Assembly (NCBI GenBank): GCA_002269645.1
Contig: NIVC01000834.1
Coordinates: forward strand, 310,001 to 374,000
Length of the DNA: 64,000 nucleotides
DNA from: Macrostomum lignano
Lineage: Eukaryota
Direction: 5' to 3'
The notes under the pieces were generated by a model. That model did no database searches. It had not been told where the DNA came from and was given only the letters and a program-made list of their open reading frames with translations. Each line of letters opens with the position of its first letter. Position 1 is the stretch's first letter. A program made the translations under genes and the position numbers. Positions 25,601 to 40,076 of the stretch are shown here, in pieces.

Positions 25601-28364
25601 CCAATCTACCCGAAACACTACCAATCTACCCCAGACACTACCAATCGACCCAAACACTACCAATCGACCCAAACACTACCAATCTACCCGAAACACTACC
25701 AATCTACCCCAAACACTATCAATCTACATCAAATTGCTGCTAAACCTCCCAAACCAAAGCTCACCTTGCCATCATCGTCAATGACCTGAATCTGGCCGGA
25801 CGCTGAGTACTTCACCCTGGCGCCAATCGGTACATCGAAAGGACCCGGCTTGTCCGGCTCAATCCAAATGTGATCGCCCTGTGAAAATTGTTTTGATTAA
25901 ATCAAATGGATTAGAGGTCTAAAGTTGTAGAAAAGCAATTTAAAGCAGAATATGCAGATTTTCAAACACTAAATAGACTTTAAAATGGAAATAAATGAAG
26001 AGATTCGGTTTTTATACTACTTTCTTTCAAGGGCGTATCGAAGCAAATAACAGTCGGATTTTGCAAAAGGACATCAAAAAGTCGGTTTTGGCCATAGACT
26101 AAAACTCTATTACAGAAGCTTACATTCAGTGCTCTGGTGGAACCATGAACCATCAGCTTTGCCATGCTAAGCTGAAATCCTATAAAAAATCTGGTTCTAC
26201 CATAGACATAAAGACTACAGATACAGTGAACTTCCGTGGCTCTTGAAAACCAAACCAAATACAGATAAAAAATGATGTTTTAATGTTAACATTGTTTAAA
26301 ACCTATATTTTCTATAGGCTTACAACTTTGGATATCAGTTTTCTAACTTTTAAGATCAGAGTTTTTTAGTAAGTTTTTTTCGAAAAATGCTTGACGAAAA
26401 AAACAACAGACAACTCAAATTATCAGGAATATTATCAAACCGGCCTTCAAAAATTCTTAGAAACCAGCCATCTACGGAGAAGTCACAGTTTTTAACTAAC
26501 CTGGCGAATAATTACAGTTTTAGCAGACAGAGGCAACCGATGATGCCCCAGCGTGGATGCTGAGCTTGAAGAAGCTCGAGAGGACGTCCGCTTCACCAGC
26601 TGCAGCATCTGTGAGCAAACCAGGAAGCTTGGGGAGGGGCCGCAGATTCTGTCCAAGAGTTCTAATCTTTCAAACCGGTGCGATAGAGCTGCCCATGCCC
26701 AAGGCTGCACCAACTTATATATTCAGGATTGCGACCTTGCAGCCTTGAATCTCCGCTGTCTAAACCAGGCACCGCTTCTACTGAGAGCCTATAAAAAAGA
26801 TCTTCAATTATTTAGGCTGACTAGGGGCTAATTAATTATTTATTTATGCGGCGACGGCAGAGACTGGCTGAGGAACAGAGGTAATTGAGTTTTGGCCACC
26901 TGTCTATCTCTGCCTGTTTCTATTTCTATTGTATTCTGAAACTCTCAAGCAGACACTGAAACCTTGACGAGGACTGGTTCCAGCGATTCCGACAGAGTCA
27001 TTTTATCATTTTAGTCTTAAAGAGATTAAAAAAATAGCTAAACAAATTTTGGCATCACGTGACACTAGATTAAACACTATACAGTTTCTTCAACTCGACC
27101 TTTTAAGCTTTACTACTGTAAGTTGTATCACTAGCGTGTGCGACTAAAATATCCTATGTAAACTCATTGCAATGAGCTGGTTGAATGATCAACTTCAGAT
27201 CCAAGGTATATGACCAACTATTGATGAATGACAATGGATAGACTGACAGGTTGATGACCAACTAAATGTGACCGGTGGGTGACCAACTAAATTTGACAGG
27301 TTGATGACCAACTAAATGTGACCGGTGGGTGACCAACTAAATGTGACCAGCTGATGACCAACTAAATGACCGGCTGAGGACAAAATAATATGACAGATTT
27401 ATGAGCAATTCTAAATGACTAGCAATGGATCGCAATATAAAATCAGACAGTGTGGTCAGCATAAAAAAACGCTAAGAGCATTAAAACTTCGAGTGCTACA
27501 GAAATATCGATAGAGCAACTCAATTTAATGGTACGCTCGCTACAAGACATTCGATATTAACTATATGGCCCACTGTATATTAGAACTAGCAGTTGAAAAA
27601 AACTATAAGGGCTGACAAAAGCTTTCAAGCATTTAATGCTTGGGTTAGGGTAGGCAAAACAAAAGTACAAGCTAGGGGGGGGGCAGCCCAGCGGTAAACT
27701 TGTCCGACTCTCCCGCCAGTGACCCCTGGTTCGATTCCGGAGCGGCCACGTTTATTTGGGGCTTGTGGGCATGAAAACTGGCTAACCACCAAAGCACAGA
27801 GAGTAAACAAGCCGCTGAACATGTGTGAGCGATGCCTGCATGTGTATTCGTGCGCGTGGGGCTGCTCAGGTGGGCTCAGGCGGAATGAGCATGACTACTT
27901 GCCTCCTAGCTAGCTAACGAACGAACAAACAAACAAACTGACTAACTACCTGACTAACTGACTAACTAACATACTAACTATTTAACTAGCTAACTAATTA
28001 ACTAACAAACATACTAACTAATTAACTAGCTAACTAACTAACTGACTAACTAACTAGCTAACTAACTAACTAACTAACTAACTAACTGACTAACTAACTA
28101 GCTAACTAACTAACTAACTAACTAACTAACTGACTGACTAACTAACTAACTAACTAACTAACTGACTGACTAACTAACTAACTAACTAACTGACTAACTA
28201 ACTAGCTAACTAACTAACTAACATACTAACTAACTAACTAACAAACATACTAACTAATTAACTAGCTAACTAACTAACTGACTAACTAACTAGCTAACTA
28301 ACTAACTAACTAACTAACTAACTGACTAACTAACTAGCTAACTAACTAACTAACTAACTAACTG

Positions 28365-28395
<31 letters not shown>

Positions 28396-28605
28396 GACTG
28401 ACTAACTAACTAACTAACTAACTAACTGACTAACTAACTAGCTAACTAACTAACTAACATACTAACTAACTAACTAACAAACATACTAACTATTTAACTA
28501 GCTAACTAATTAACTAACAAACATACTAACTAATTAACTAGCTAACTAACTAACTGACTAACTAACTAGCTAACTAACTAACTAACTAACTGACTAACTA
28601 ACTAG

Positions 28606-28638
<33 letters not shown>

Positions 28639-28688
28639 ATACTAACTAACTAACTGACTGACTAACTAACTAACTAACTAACTGACTG

Positions 28689-28719
<31 letters not shown>

Positions 28720-28781
28720 GACTAACTAACTAGCTAACTAACTAACTAACATACTAACTAACTAACTGACTGACTAACTAG

Positions 28782-28815
<34 letters not shown>

Positions 28816-29187
28816 GACTAACTAACTAACTAACTAGCTAACGAACTAACTTATTAACTTACAGACTAACTAGCAAGTTAATTGATTAAGCAGCGAAACA
28901 AAAACCCGATATAACATTTATCCATTCCCTACAGGAAAACTGTCATATTTCCAGGCATTTAAGCATGCTCTTGATTTTTAGAAAACAACAATTAAACACA
29001 CGATAGCAAATAAATGGAAAAAGTGACTTATAAAATCATAAACGGGAAACCAACTGCTAAAGCTACAAAAGCACTGCCTACACAGATTCAAAAGTGCATT
29101 CAGCCGCGATAATAACGGTGTTAATTAAACTTTTGAAATAAAAACGAAACACACATAGGTAATTCTTACCTCGTGAAGCACAACCAT
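3483..29187 (-). CDS. MYO7A: Unconventional myosin VIIa (motor, IQ, MyTH4-FERM-SH3-MyTH4-FERM), 21 coding exons, about 2198 codons; exon 13 damaged in this sequence
   Basis: Exons traced by GT/AG and phase: 29187-29170, 25878-25765, 25089-24868, 24078-23847, 22811-22486, 21712-20837, 19409-18996, 17121-16970, 16443-16116, 14799-14342, 13817-13382, 12919-~12323, 11850-11420 (frameshifted), 10694-10525, 8844-8000, 7112-6924, 6007-5694, 5612-5546, 4995-4879, 4802-4719, 3689-3483 (TGA). N-terminus [21 protein letters not shown] resembles myosin VIIa. P-loop GESGAGKT, switch [10 protein letters not shown], switch II DIFGFE, IQ motifs, two MyTH4/FERM modules, SH3 ([16 protein letters not shown]), C-terminal [32 protein letters not shown]. 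Confidence 0.96.
3750..4682. repeat. 10-bp (TGTCGATGGG) minisatellite with a 15-bp variant block; myosin intron 20
   Basis: Direct reading. Confidence 0.95.
5010..5475. repeat. Degenerate G/A-rich minisatellite, about 27 bp; intron 18
   Basis: GGTGGGGAAGAAAATGGGGATTTTCA iterated. Confidence 0.85.
6015..6920. repeat. (GATA/GATG)n then (CAGA)n microsatellite; intron 16
   Basis: Fills nearly the whole intron. Confidence 0.97.
7345..7980. repeat. 69-bp minisatellite, about 9 copies; intron 15
   Basis: TACTCAGCCGATATGTATC.. recurs at 7406, 7475 and onward (period 69). Confidence 0.95.
8880..9845. repeat. Composite GA-rich minisatellite; intron 14
   Basis: GAGATGAGAGATGGATAGATTAGACATC(A/G)GG variants. 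Confidence 0.9.
11975..12295. repeat. (CAGA)n microsatellite; intron 12
   Basis: Direct reading. Confidence 0.95.
12940..13295. repeat. Degenerate minisatellite, about 47 bp; intron 11
   Basis: About 8 diverged units of TTTCGATACATATCGGCTACTAT..AAAATCAGTAAATATTATT. Confidence 0.8.
14140..14290. repeat. (AGT)n-type trinucleotide repeat; intron 10
   Basis: Direct reading. Confidence 0.85.
15380..15990. repeat. Degenerate AG-rich minisatellite (AAGGATAGAAC-based); intron 9
   Basis: Direct reading. Confidence 0.85.
16576..16915. repeat. (CT)n plus a degenerate TCATCTATCTACC repeat; intron 8
   Basis: Direct reading. Confidence 0.8.
17275..18985. repeat. 24/30-bp minisatellite; intron 7
   Basis: TATGGGTTCACAGATTCACACAAC with an in-frame TAACTA variant. 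Confidence 0.95.
20095..20810. repeat. 16-bp minisatellite (TTCATGAACCCGATAC); intron 6
   Basis: Direct reading; contains the TTCATGAA palindrome. Confidence 0.93.
21840..22420. repeat. 22-bp minisatellite (CACAGAATCCCATACCCAATCC); intron 5
   Basis: Direct reading. Confidence 0.95.
22845..23815. repeat. 34-bp minisatellite; intron 4
   Basis: CACAATATGCGAGATTAGATCTCAGAATTTCACT, about 28 copies. Confidence 0.95.
24235..24660. repeat. 24-bp minisatellite (AAGTGTCAGGAAGCGATTTCTAAG); intron 3
   Basis: Direct reading; decays toward the edges. Confidence 0.9.
25225..25725. repeat. 20-bp minisatellite (AAACACTACCAATCTACCCC); intron 2
   Basis: Direct reading. Confidence 0.95.
27675..27905 (+). mobile_element. 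tRNA-derived SINE-like element in myosin intron 1
   Basis: A-box-like CAGCCCAGCGG (27684-94) and B-box GGTTCGATTCC (27728-38) at tRNA spacing. tRNA-Glu(CTC)-like middle, GC-rich body, then an AAC/TAAC tail that runs into a long microsatellite. Confidence 0.6.
27910..28850. repeat. Compound (TAAC)n microsatellite; intron 1
   Basis: Continuous with the tail of the SINE-like element. Confidence 0.95.
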
Positions 29188-29268
29188 GCTTGCTGGCGCT
29201 TGACTTCTAGATTTTTTTCTAAATCTCTTAAATAATCTTTAATAGGTGACTGCCAGACAGATGGTCGC

Positions 29269-29290
29269 CTGTAAAAATACAGCGATAAGA
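29269..29290 (-). promoter_or_regulatory. 3' splice acceptor upstream of the myosin ATG (5'UTR intron or trans-splice site)
   Basis: gctgtatttttacAG; AG at 29270-69, about 80 nt before ATG 29187. Confidence 0.55.
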
Positions 29291-30269
29291 TGTTTTGGAA
29301 TAAAAAATATGTTTTTTGCCAATAATTTTAAAATTCAATGGTGACAAAACATCTATCTAGCCGGCATACAAGGGCGGTCCGGTCTCTCGAGTGTAGGCGT
29401 TGACAAAATCTGGGTGTGTTGCAGAAAATTTGAAAAAGAAAAAGAGAGAATATAAGGACAGAATTCTGAATGAGAGTCTGAGAACTAAGTTGGCACAGCC
29501 TCACAGCTCAATGACCAATATGCCAGAATACCAGTGTACTCTGCACTGCCGTTGCGGGGGTAGAAATGGGGGACGGGGTAGACAGAGGGAGAGAGAGAAA
29601 AGAAAAGGGCGAGTCGAAAGAATTGATATAACAAAATATGAAAACGTTTCTTAACAATTCAGCATTGTAAGAGCGGAGTGCAGAGCTGAAACCGGCCATA
29701 TAAGCTTTGCATTCACTCTCTGCTCACCGAGTAGCTCACATAAATAAGTATAGATCGCAGAGTATGCTCCACAACTGGACTCAGAGCACAGCCTTGGATT
29801 TTCTGCACGCCCAATTCTCTCACACACTGAGCAATGCAGCAGAGGCCCTTCAAGCCTTCAGCTCAGCAATACAATTTAACGAACATTCTTCTATAAGAGT
29901 TAAAGAGTTAAACCGCCACCGCCTCACTCCATTTTCTCTAACCCGTGCTGAGGGCCGCAGCGGTCTCTCACGGCTAATGTGTGTGCGTATTTAACGCACT
30001 TTTGCATTAAGAACAGCTCGAAGAAAAATCTCGACAAGAAAAATAGTTTTGAGCAAGTGATACGAAATGCAGTTTTCAATCATGTTCGAAGTTTTAAAAT
30101 ATATGTTGAAATTCACAATTTTTCAACACAGACGAATCAAGTACATCTGCATTAAACAGATTAGCATTAGTAAATTTGCAGAACAAGTGACATTATTGTC
30201 TAGAACAGTAGTCGGCAAAACTTTTTTTACTTCAAGGGCCAGATAGAGAACTCAGCGCATGACTGCGGG

Positions 30270-30515
30270 TTAGAGAACAGGAGAGAGGAGAGGGAACAGA
30301 GAATAGAGAGTAGAGATAGGAGAAAGGAGAGGTGAGAGAATAAATGAGAAGTAAGGAGACGAGAGTAGGGGGGGGGAAAGAAGAGAGGAAAGAAGGGAGT
30401 GGAGATGAGAGAAGGGAAAAGGGAGAGAAGACAAGAGAGAGGAGAGAAGAAAAAGGAGAGAGAAGAATGAGAAAGATAGGAAAGGAGAGATTAGAGAGAA
30501 GAGAGCTGAGAAGAG
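30270..30515. repeat. AG-rich low-complexity tract
   Basis: Direct reading. Confidence 0.8.
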
Positions 30516-30628
30516 ACGCAAACCCTAAGCGAACCAGATTGCCATTGTGAAGTTTTAAAGAAAACGATAGTCATAGAGGCTGATGAGGTCTGGTTTACCG
30601 ACACCTTAAACACCTTGGCTTGGCTTCT

Positions 30629-32195
30629 TCAGCAGTTCTCCAGGAGCTTTTGTGCATCTGAGCAGTTCTCCAGGAGCTTTTGTGCATCTGAGCAGTTCTC
30701 CAGGAGCTTTTGTGCATCTGAGCAGTTCTCCAGGAGCTTTTGTGCATCTGAGCAGTTCTCCAGGAGCTTTTGTGCATCTGAGCAGTTCTCTATGAGCTTT
30801 TGTGCATCTGAGCAGTTCTCCAGGAGCTTTTGTGCATCTGAGCAGTTCTCTATGAGCTTTTGTGCATCTGAGCAGTTCTCTATGAGCTTTTGTGCATCTG
30901 AGCAGTTCTCCAGGAGCTTTTGTGCATCTGAGCAGTTCTCTATGAGCTTTTGTGCATCTGAGCAGTTCTTCAGGAGCTTTTGTGCATCTGAGCAGTTCTC
31001 CAGGAGCTTTTGTGCATCTGAGCAGTTCTCCAGGAGCTTTTGTGCATCTGAGCAGTTCTCCAGGAGCTTTTGTGCATCTGAGCAGTTCTCTATGAGCTTT
31101 TGTGCATCTGAGCAGTTCTCCAGGAGCTTTTGTGCATCTGAGCAGTTCTCTATGAGCTTTTGTGCATCTGAGCAGTTCTTCAGGAGCTTTTGTGCATCTG
31201 AGCAGTTCTCCAGGAGCTTTTGTGCATCTGAGCAGTTCTCTATGAGCTTTTGTGCATCTGAGCAGTTCTCTATGAGCTTTTGTGCATCTGAGCAGTTCTC
31301 TATGAGCTTTTGTGCATCTGAGCAGTTCTCCAGGAGCTTTTGTGCATCTGAGCAGTTCTCTATGAGCTTTTGTGCATCTGAGCAGTTCTCTATGAGCTTT
31401 TGTGCATCTGAGCAGTTCTCTATGAGCTTTTGTGCATCTGAGCAGTTCTCTATGAGCTTTTGTGCATCTGAGCAGTTCTTCAGGAGCTTTTGTGCATCTG
31501 AGCAGTTCTCCAGGAGCTTTTGTGCATCTGAGCAGTTCTCCAGGAGCTTTTGTGCATCTGAGCAGTTCTCCAGGAGCTTTTGTGCATCTGAGCAGTTCTC
31601 CAGGAGCTTTTGTGCATCTGAGCAGTTCTCCAGGAGCTTTTGTGCATCTGAGCAGTTCTCTATGAGCTTTTGTGCATCTGAGCAGTTCTCTATGAGATTT
31701 TGTGCATCTGAGCAGTTCTCTATGAGATTTTGTGCATCTGAGCAGTTCTCCAGGAGCTTTTGTGCATCTGAGCAGTTCTCTATGAGCTTTTGTGCATCTG
31801 AGCAGTTCTCTATGAGCTTTTGTGCATCTGAGCAGTTCTCTATGAGCTTTTGTGCATCTGAGCAGTTCTCTATGAGCTTTTGTGCATCTGAGCAGTTCTC
31901 TATGAGCTTTTGTGCATCTGAGCAGTTCTCTATGAGCTTTTGTGCATCTGAGCAGTTCTCTATGAGCTTTTGTGCATCTGAGCAGTTCTCCAGGAGCTTT
32001 TGTGCATCTGAGCAGTTCTCCAGGAGCTTTTGTGCATCTGAGCAGTTCTCTATGAGCTTTTGTGCATCTGAGCAGTTCTCCAGGAGCTTTTGTGCATCTG
32101 AGCAGTTCTCCAGGAGCTTTTGTGCATCTGAGCAGTTCTCTATGAGATTTTGTGCATCTGAGCAGTTCTCTATGAGCTTTTGTGCATCTGAGCAA
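30629..32195. repeat. Very homogeneous 30-bp minisatellite, about 52 copies
   Basis: AGCAGTTCTC(CAG/TAT)GAGCTTTTGTGCATCTG; no length variants. Confidence 0.98.
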
Positions 32196-32604
32196 ATCAA
32201 CAGGAGTTTTTTGCGTCTAAATCAGGCATAAATAAAATTTACAGCTAATATTTGAAGACTACAAAAACATCTCAGACAGGCATATTCCGATGCTAAGAAA
32301 TTTCATGAGCCCAATGCTTCAATTTTGGGGTTGGTAGACAGAAATCGATCAAGACAAAAAGTGCTTGACGATTACGTTTGAGAATGCTGTGAGTGTGTCT
32401 GAGTACGCATCTCAGGTTAATGTGCTAAGGTATGGATAAAAAAATAGAAATGCCATAACCGCTTTCCAACTCGCTAGCAGGTTGACACCTGCCTTGATCT
32501 GCAGCAACGCCCAGAGCTCCATGTCAGCGCGTGTAACTACGTAATTAATCTGCAGAAATTATAAATGAGACTGAGCATGGGACGGCTGAAAGATCATAGA
32601 CGAA

Positions 32605-32627
32605 CACAGACAGACAGACAGACCGGC

Positions 32628-32691
<64 letters not shown>

Positions 32692-32740
32692 GGACAGACA
32701 GACAGACAGACGGACAGACAGAAAGAGACAAAAGACAGAC
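32605..32740. repeat. (CAGA)n microsatellite
   Basis: Direct reading. Confidence 0.95.
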
Positions 32741-35700
32741 AGGCACCATGCAAAGCAAGAAAAATCACAGAAAAAAACAGCCCACGGAGAAAAATTATCC
32801 AATGCAATTAATAAATATTTCGATGATAAACTTTAAACATTTGTGCGTTTATACGAGGAAAATAAAGGACACGAAATAAACGCCAACCTATAATATTATG
32901 TCAATCAAAACTTCAGCTCGCTTGACTTCTCGATTGAACAAAAAAGCAAATAAAGCAATAAGAACACTGATCTGCAGGAGAGAGAATATTGGATTTGCAC
33001 AGTTAGACACTGCTCTGTCCAGCCAGCCAGTCGCACAGGGCGCACACTACAATCCAGTGGATTAATGAGCAATGAGTCAGCGGCAAATCAGCCCATTTAT
33101 TAGATCAATAACAGCGCAACTGGACACCCAGGGGCTGGGCATCTCGATCTAGACTCAGGCTAGAAGCCTCCTGCACTTCCCTAGTAACTATTGCGAATGG
33201 AAGACATTGGAGCTTATAGGAATTATCCCAAAGCTGGGTATTGAATGGCATTTATGCAGTGCAAGCAATAAGAAGTTTTGCATACAAAGGGATAATGCAA
33301 AATAAGGTAATAGTCTATAAAACTTCTTAGGCAAATACAGAAACTGATAATTTTGATATTAATTATATGCTGATTAAAAGCATGACAATGTTTATATAGC
33401 TCAGCATTCTTAGCAAACCATCTTTATTAAACTATATAAAAAAGCTAACTATAATTGATTCCAAGAAGCTAATCCAATGACAACATAAAAATGCTTTTAC
33501 AACTACTTAGTAGTATACTAAGTGATGCTTTGTACTTTAAATAATGCAAAATATAAACTTAAAGTTATCTACAAATGTATAATCATAATTCACAAAGGAC
33601 TGCTAGATAACATCAGTACTATATGCTACTAACTAGTAGTATCTGTATGTGATTATAAGTAATACAATAAAAGAGGTAGGTCTTAGCTTATGACTAATGC
33701 TATAATAGTATAAAAAACAAAATTTAATGCTACAAATTCAAGTTATTTTATAAAGACTTAATGACATTGTTTTAATAATATTACTATTATCTATATTTAA
33801 TTTCTGGATAAAAAAAGTATAATAGAAAAATCTTGCTACATGGGCAAAATAGATATTAATATGAGCACTATATCTTATCTAAGACTAAGGAAATAATAAA
33901 ACACAATGACCTAAGAACCTTGATTTTAATTGCAATATGCTATATTGATAGTTATACATATAGTTAACCCTTTATAAGTCTATTTGACTTTAAACTTTAA
34001 ACTCCAACTAAAGGAAAAATAGATAGGCCTAGCATTACTTAATAATACAAAAAAATGGCAAAGACAATACTTAGATTAACTTTTAAGAATCACCATTCTA
34101 ACTACAATGTGCATAGTCTATATCATAAAAATCTCTATTCGACTATTGTTTGATATTCCAACCCCAGAGACTAGCTTCCTTGCCTAGCAATTTTATTTCA
34201 AATGTACACTACAAAATTAAATAATTTAATTAATTAAAGCATGGGCAACTACTAAGTCTAAAGATAATTAAATCTATATAGTAAAATATAGGCCTAGCAA
34301 ATGGCAAAAACAGTTGATAATAAATGAAACTGGAAAAATTCTCTCTTACTTCTTACACAACACCACTACAAATAATTAAAAATATCAAGGAGGAACATAA
34401 AATTAAACTAAATATTACAGTAGCTAGCTAGATTCTACACAGCCGGGAATATAGAATAAGAACAAACACAATATAGGCATATGAAACAAAACGGAGCAAA
34501 CATGATTTTAAAATTCCAAGACTATAGGCCTGAATTTTAACTTTAAGGAATCTTCGAATTCGAAAGATAAGAAGACTTAAAGAAATGAAGAGAATGCATG
34601 CGAGAAATTAAATATTGATAAGAAATACAATTGTAACGTGATAAATGTACTAACAGAGTTAAAGTAAAGAAATAGCAAGCAGTTATTGAGTTATTGGCTC
34701 CTAATTGAAGCGGCCTACAGGCTGAGCCTGAGCCACACCCAGTTTTTCCCACGCCCTTCTAATAAAATTGCAATTTTAAAATAGTTAAGCACTTTAACAA
34801 CCTTTAAAGCTGCAATTACTTAAAATTACGGAAGGGCTATATGCTAACAGTGGAAGCCTATAAGACTGCAAAAAGACAAGAATGGCAAAATACTTGCTTC
34901 TGTTTTTACTTTCTTTAGATCACAGAAGTAGCCGTAGGTTTCCCACTGACAGATTTGCAATACGCTACAGTCTAAGGGCATAATTTTCATATAATTTAAT
35001 TGATAATTTACCTCGCGAATAGCAGATGATTTTAGGCTTGCTCTTGAAATACCCATCAACACTAATCCGACGTGGTTTACGTGTAAAATTCAATAATAAT
35101 TTAGCAAGTTTCCTGCATGGTCTGTACCAAAATTACTTTAAAACGTTATTACTTATCCTCAATTGTAGATTGCAGATTGCATGTAGATAGCAAACTATGT
35201 GTAGATTATGAGGTATAATAACATGTAAATTACCGTACAAAATATCAAGAGGAAATTTATCACCGATTGGATCAGCTCGCTTGTTGATGCAGACTGCAGA
35301 TGGTATTAATAAAATCCGAACCATTAATATCAAGCTTAATTTATTCGTCATTCTCATTCAAATGATATATTGTGGCCAAAGCAAAGCAAGTGCGGATGTT
35401 ATAAATATCTAACGACATTTAATGCGGCTCAAAAAGTGATTTACAATTGTCGGGATTAAAATAAGCAAATTATTTAGAAAATGGTTAACACAAAATCACA
35501 AAATGTGCACAACAGCCAGACTGAAGTTTGACGATATTAGACTGAAAAAATCAAAAAATACAAATGGATCGATATGATGCAGTACAGTATACGTGCAAAT
35601 ATGGTTTAAATATTCACACGCGAAATTAGAAACTGTGCCAGGCTAAATATAAGCTTTGTGAAACTATTTGGGACACCTGATTAAAAGAGGAATAAGAACT

Positions 35701-36425
35701 AATATTTGCTTAGAAGTGTGACCTAAAAAATACTAATTCGATTGCGAATAAACAAATCGAATCAATAAAGCTGAAGCCGACAAATAGCAAAAACTAACCA
35801 TATAAAATATGCAAGCAAAATGACATGCTTTGTAAAATATTACTTATTTAGGATTATTAATAAAAATACTATATACAACAAAGGGTGTGTCCACCATGTA
35901 CATTACAATAAGCCTGTTTGTTTTATCACTTGCTATACAAATAAGCGTCAAAATTCCGGGTTTTAGCAATAATTTAAATAGCAAAGTTTCGTTAAAGAAA
36001 CAAAAACTTGTCGAATTAAAACTTACACAAATATCGGGCAGATAAAGGTTGGTTTGAAAAAACGGATATTCAATTTTTTTAATATTTGAATTCGCGCGCG
36101 ATTCCAACGATTAAAACAATTTTGGGAAAAAAGTTCACAAACTTTTCTGTTTTTTTGCATTAATTCAAATAGATGAATGACAAAAATATTTTTATTCTAT
36201 TATAGTTATTCAATAAAGTTAAAACGAAACGTATTTTCGTTTAATATTTGCATTCGCGCCATTTTTAGACGATTATGAAACAGACTTCCAAAAAAACTTT
36301 TGGATGTGGCGTGAATTTAAATATAAAAAACTGACCATTTAAAATTTTAATAGATTTTCCCGGCTTTCTTAAAATTAAAACAAACCAACCCGATTGTAAA
36401 CATACTCAAATCGCTTTCGTTGATC

Positions 36426-38376
<1,951 letters not shown>

Positions 38377-38599
38377 GGCCGCTGAATTGTTGCGAACAAC
38401 CAAATATGCGTGCGCCGGTATTGTAGAAATAACTGATGAAGCCGCTATGGAAGCTGAGTGTTTACTGGGGCTGTAAGAGAAATAATTTAGCAGCAGATGA
38501 GTTTAATTAAATGTATAATAAAGAGTGCAGATATTAAGGTTTACTAGCTAGATAGACCATTGCAGGATCTAGAGATGTTGTAACTGCCTGTAGATCGAT

Positions 38600-39775
38600 A
38601 ACCATCTAGTCTGTAGATCTATAAACATCTAGTCTGTAGATCTATAAACATCTAGTCTGTAGATCTATAACCATCTAGTCTGTAGATCTATAACCATCTA
38701 GTCTGTAGATCTATAACCATCTAGTCTGTAGATCTATAAACACCTAGTCTGTCGATCCATAAACATCTAGTCTGTAGATCCATAACCATCTAGTCTGTAG
38801 ATCCATAAACATCTAGTCTGTCGATCCATAAACATCTAGTCTGTAGATCTATAACTATTTAGTCTGTAGATCCATAAACATCTAGTCTGTAGATCCATAA
38901 ACATCTAGTTTGTAGATCCATAAACATCTAGTCTGTAGATCTATAAACATCTAGTCTGTAGATCTATAAACATCTAGTCTGTAGATCTATAAACATCTAG
39001 TCTGTAGATCCATAAACATCTAGTCTGTAGATCTATAAACATCTAGTTTGTAGATCCATAAACATCTAGTCTGTAGATCTATAAACATCTAGTCTGTAGA
39101 TCTATAAACATCTAGTCTGTAGATCTATAAACATCTAGTCTGTAGATCCATAACCATCTAGTCTGTAGATCTATAAACATCTAGTCTGTAGATCTATAAA
39201 CATCTAGTCTGTAGATCTATAAACATCTAGTCTGTAGATCTATATCCATCTAGTCTGTAGATCCATAACCATCTAGTCTGTAGATCTATAACCATCTAGT
39301 CTGTAGATCTATAACCATCTAGTCTGTAGATCTATAACCATCTAGTCTGTAGATCTATAACCATCTAGTCTGTAGATCTATAAACATCTAGTCTGTAGAT
39401 CCATAACCATCTAGTCTGTAGATCCATAACCATCTAGTCTGTAGATCTATAAACATCTAGTCTGTAGATCTATAAACATCTAGTCTGTAGATCTATAAAC
39501 ATCTAGTCTGTAGATCCATAACCATCTAGTCTGTAGATCTATAACCATTAGTCTGTAGATCTATAAACATCTAGTCTGTAGATCTATATCCATCTAGTCT
39601 GTAGATCTATAACCATCTAGTCTGTAGATCTATAACCATCTAGTCTGTAGATCTATAACCATCTAGTCTGTAGATCTATAACCATCTAGTCTGTAGATCT
39701 ATAACCATCTAGTCTGTAGATCTATAACCATCTAGTCTGTAGATCTATAACCATCTAGTCTGTAGATCTATAAAA
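38600..39775. repeat. 23-bp minisatellite (CATCTAGTCTGTAGATCTATAAA) in the RPS10/VOPP1-like spacer
   Basis: About 50 copies. Confidence 0.96.
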
Positions 39776-39938
39776 ACTAATTTTTATTCCAGCCTCTACA
39801 TTGCAATAAAACAAGCCACGCACTAAACTTTGCTATATATAAGAACAAAATGTGAAAAATAATGCAAGACAAAGCCGCAACTAATTTTTTGTCTCCAATG
39901 AAATCCAGAGCGCGAACAAGCGCCAGGCCAAAATTGTT

Positions 39939-39944
39939 TTTATT
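39939..39944 (-). terminator. Candidate polyadenylation signal of RPS10
   Basis: AATAAA on the minus strand, about 135 nt after the stop codon. Confidence 0.4.
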
Positions 39945-40076
39945 TAGTTTTACATAACTCCCGGCTCATAATTCTGCGCACATCAAACCCCGCTGCTATT
40001 CGATGCCGGCAGGGCATCGCTAAGCACGCATCCCAGTGAGTCATCAGTTTCTAAATTATTTCCATTCGAGAGTTTC

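Noticed and set aside
27675-27748. Functional tRNA gene
   Set aside because: The acceptor and anticodon stems pair poorly, there is no oligo-T terminator, and the sequence continues into a SINE-like body.
3690-29169. Introner-type transposon origin of the myosin introns
   Set aside because: The introns are not homologous to each other and show no shared TIRs or TSDs at the splice junctions.
30580-30610. Hammerhead ribozyme (CTGATGAG core)
   Set aside because: There is no GAAA after a closing stem II. The same applies to the CTGATGAG on the minus strand at about 5540.
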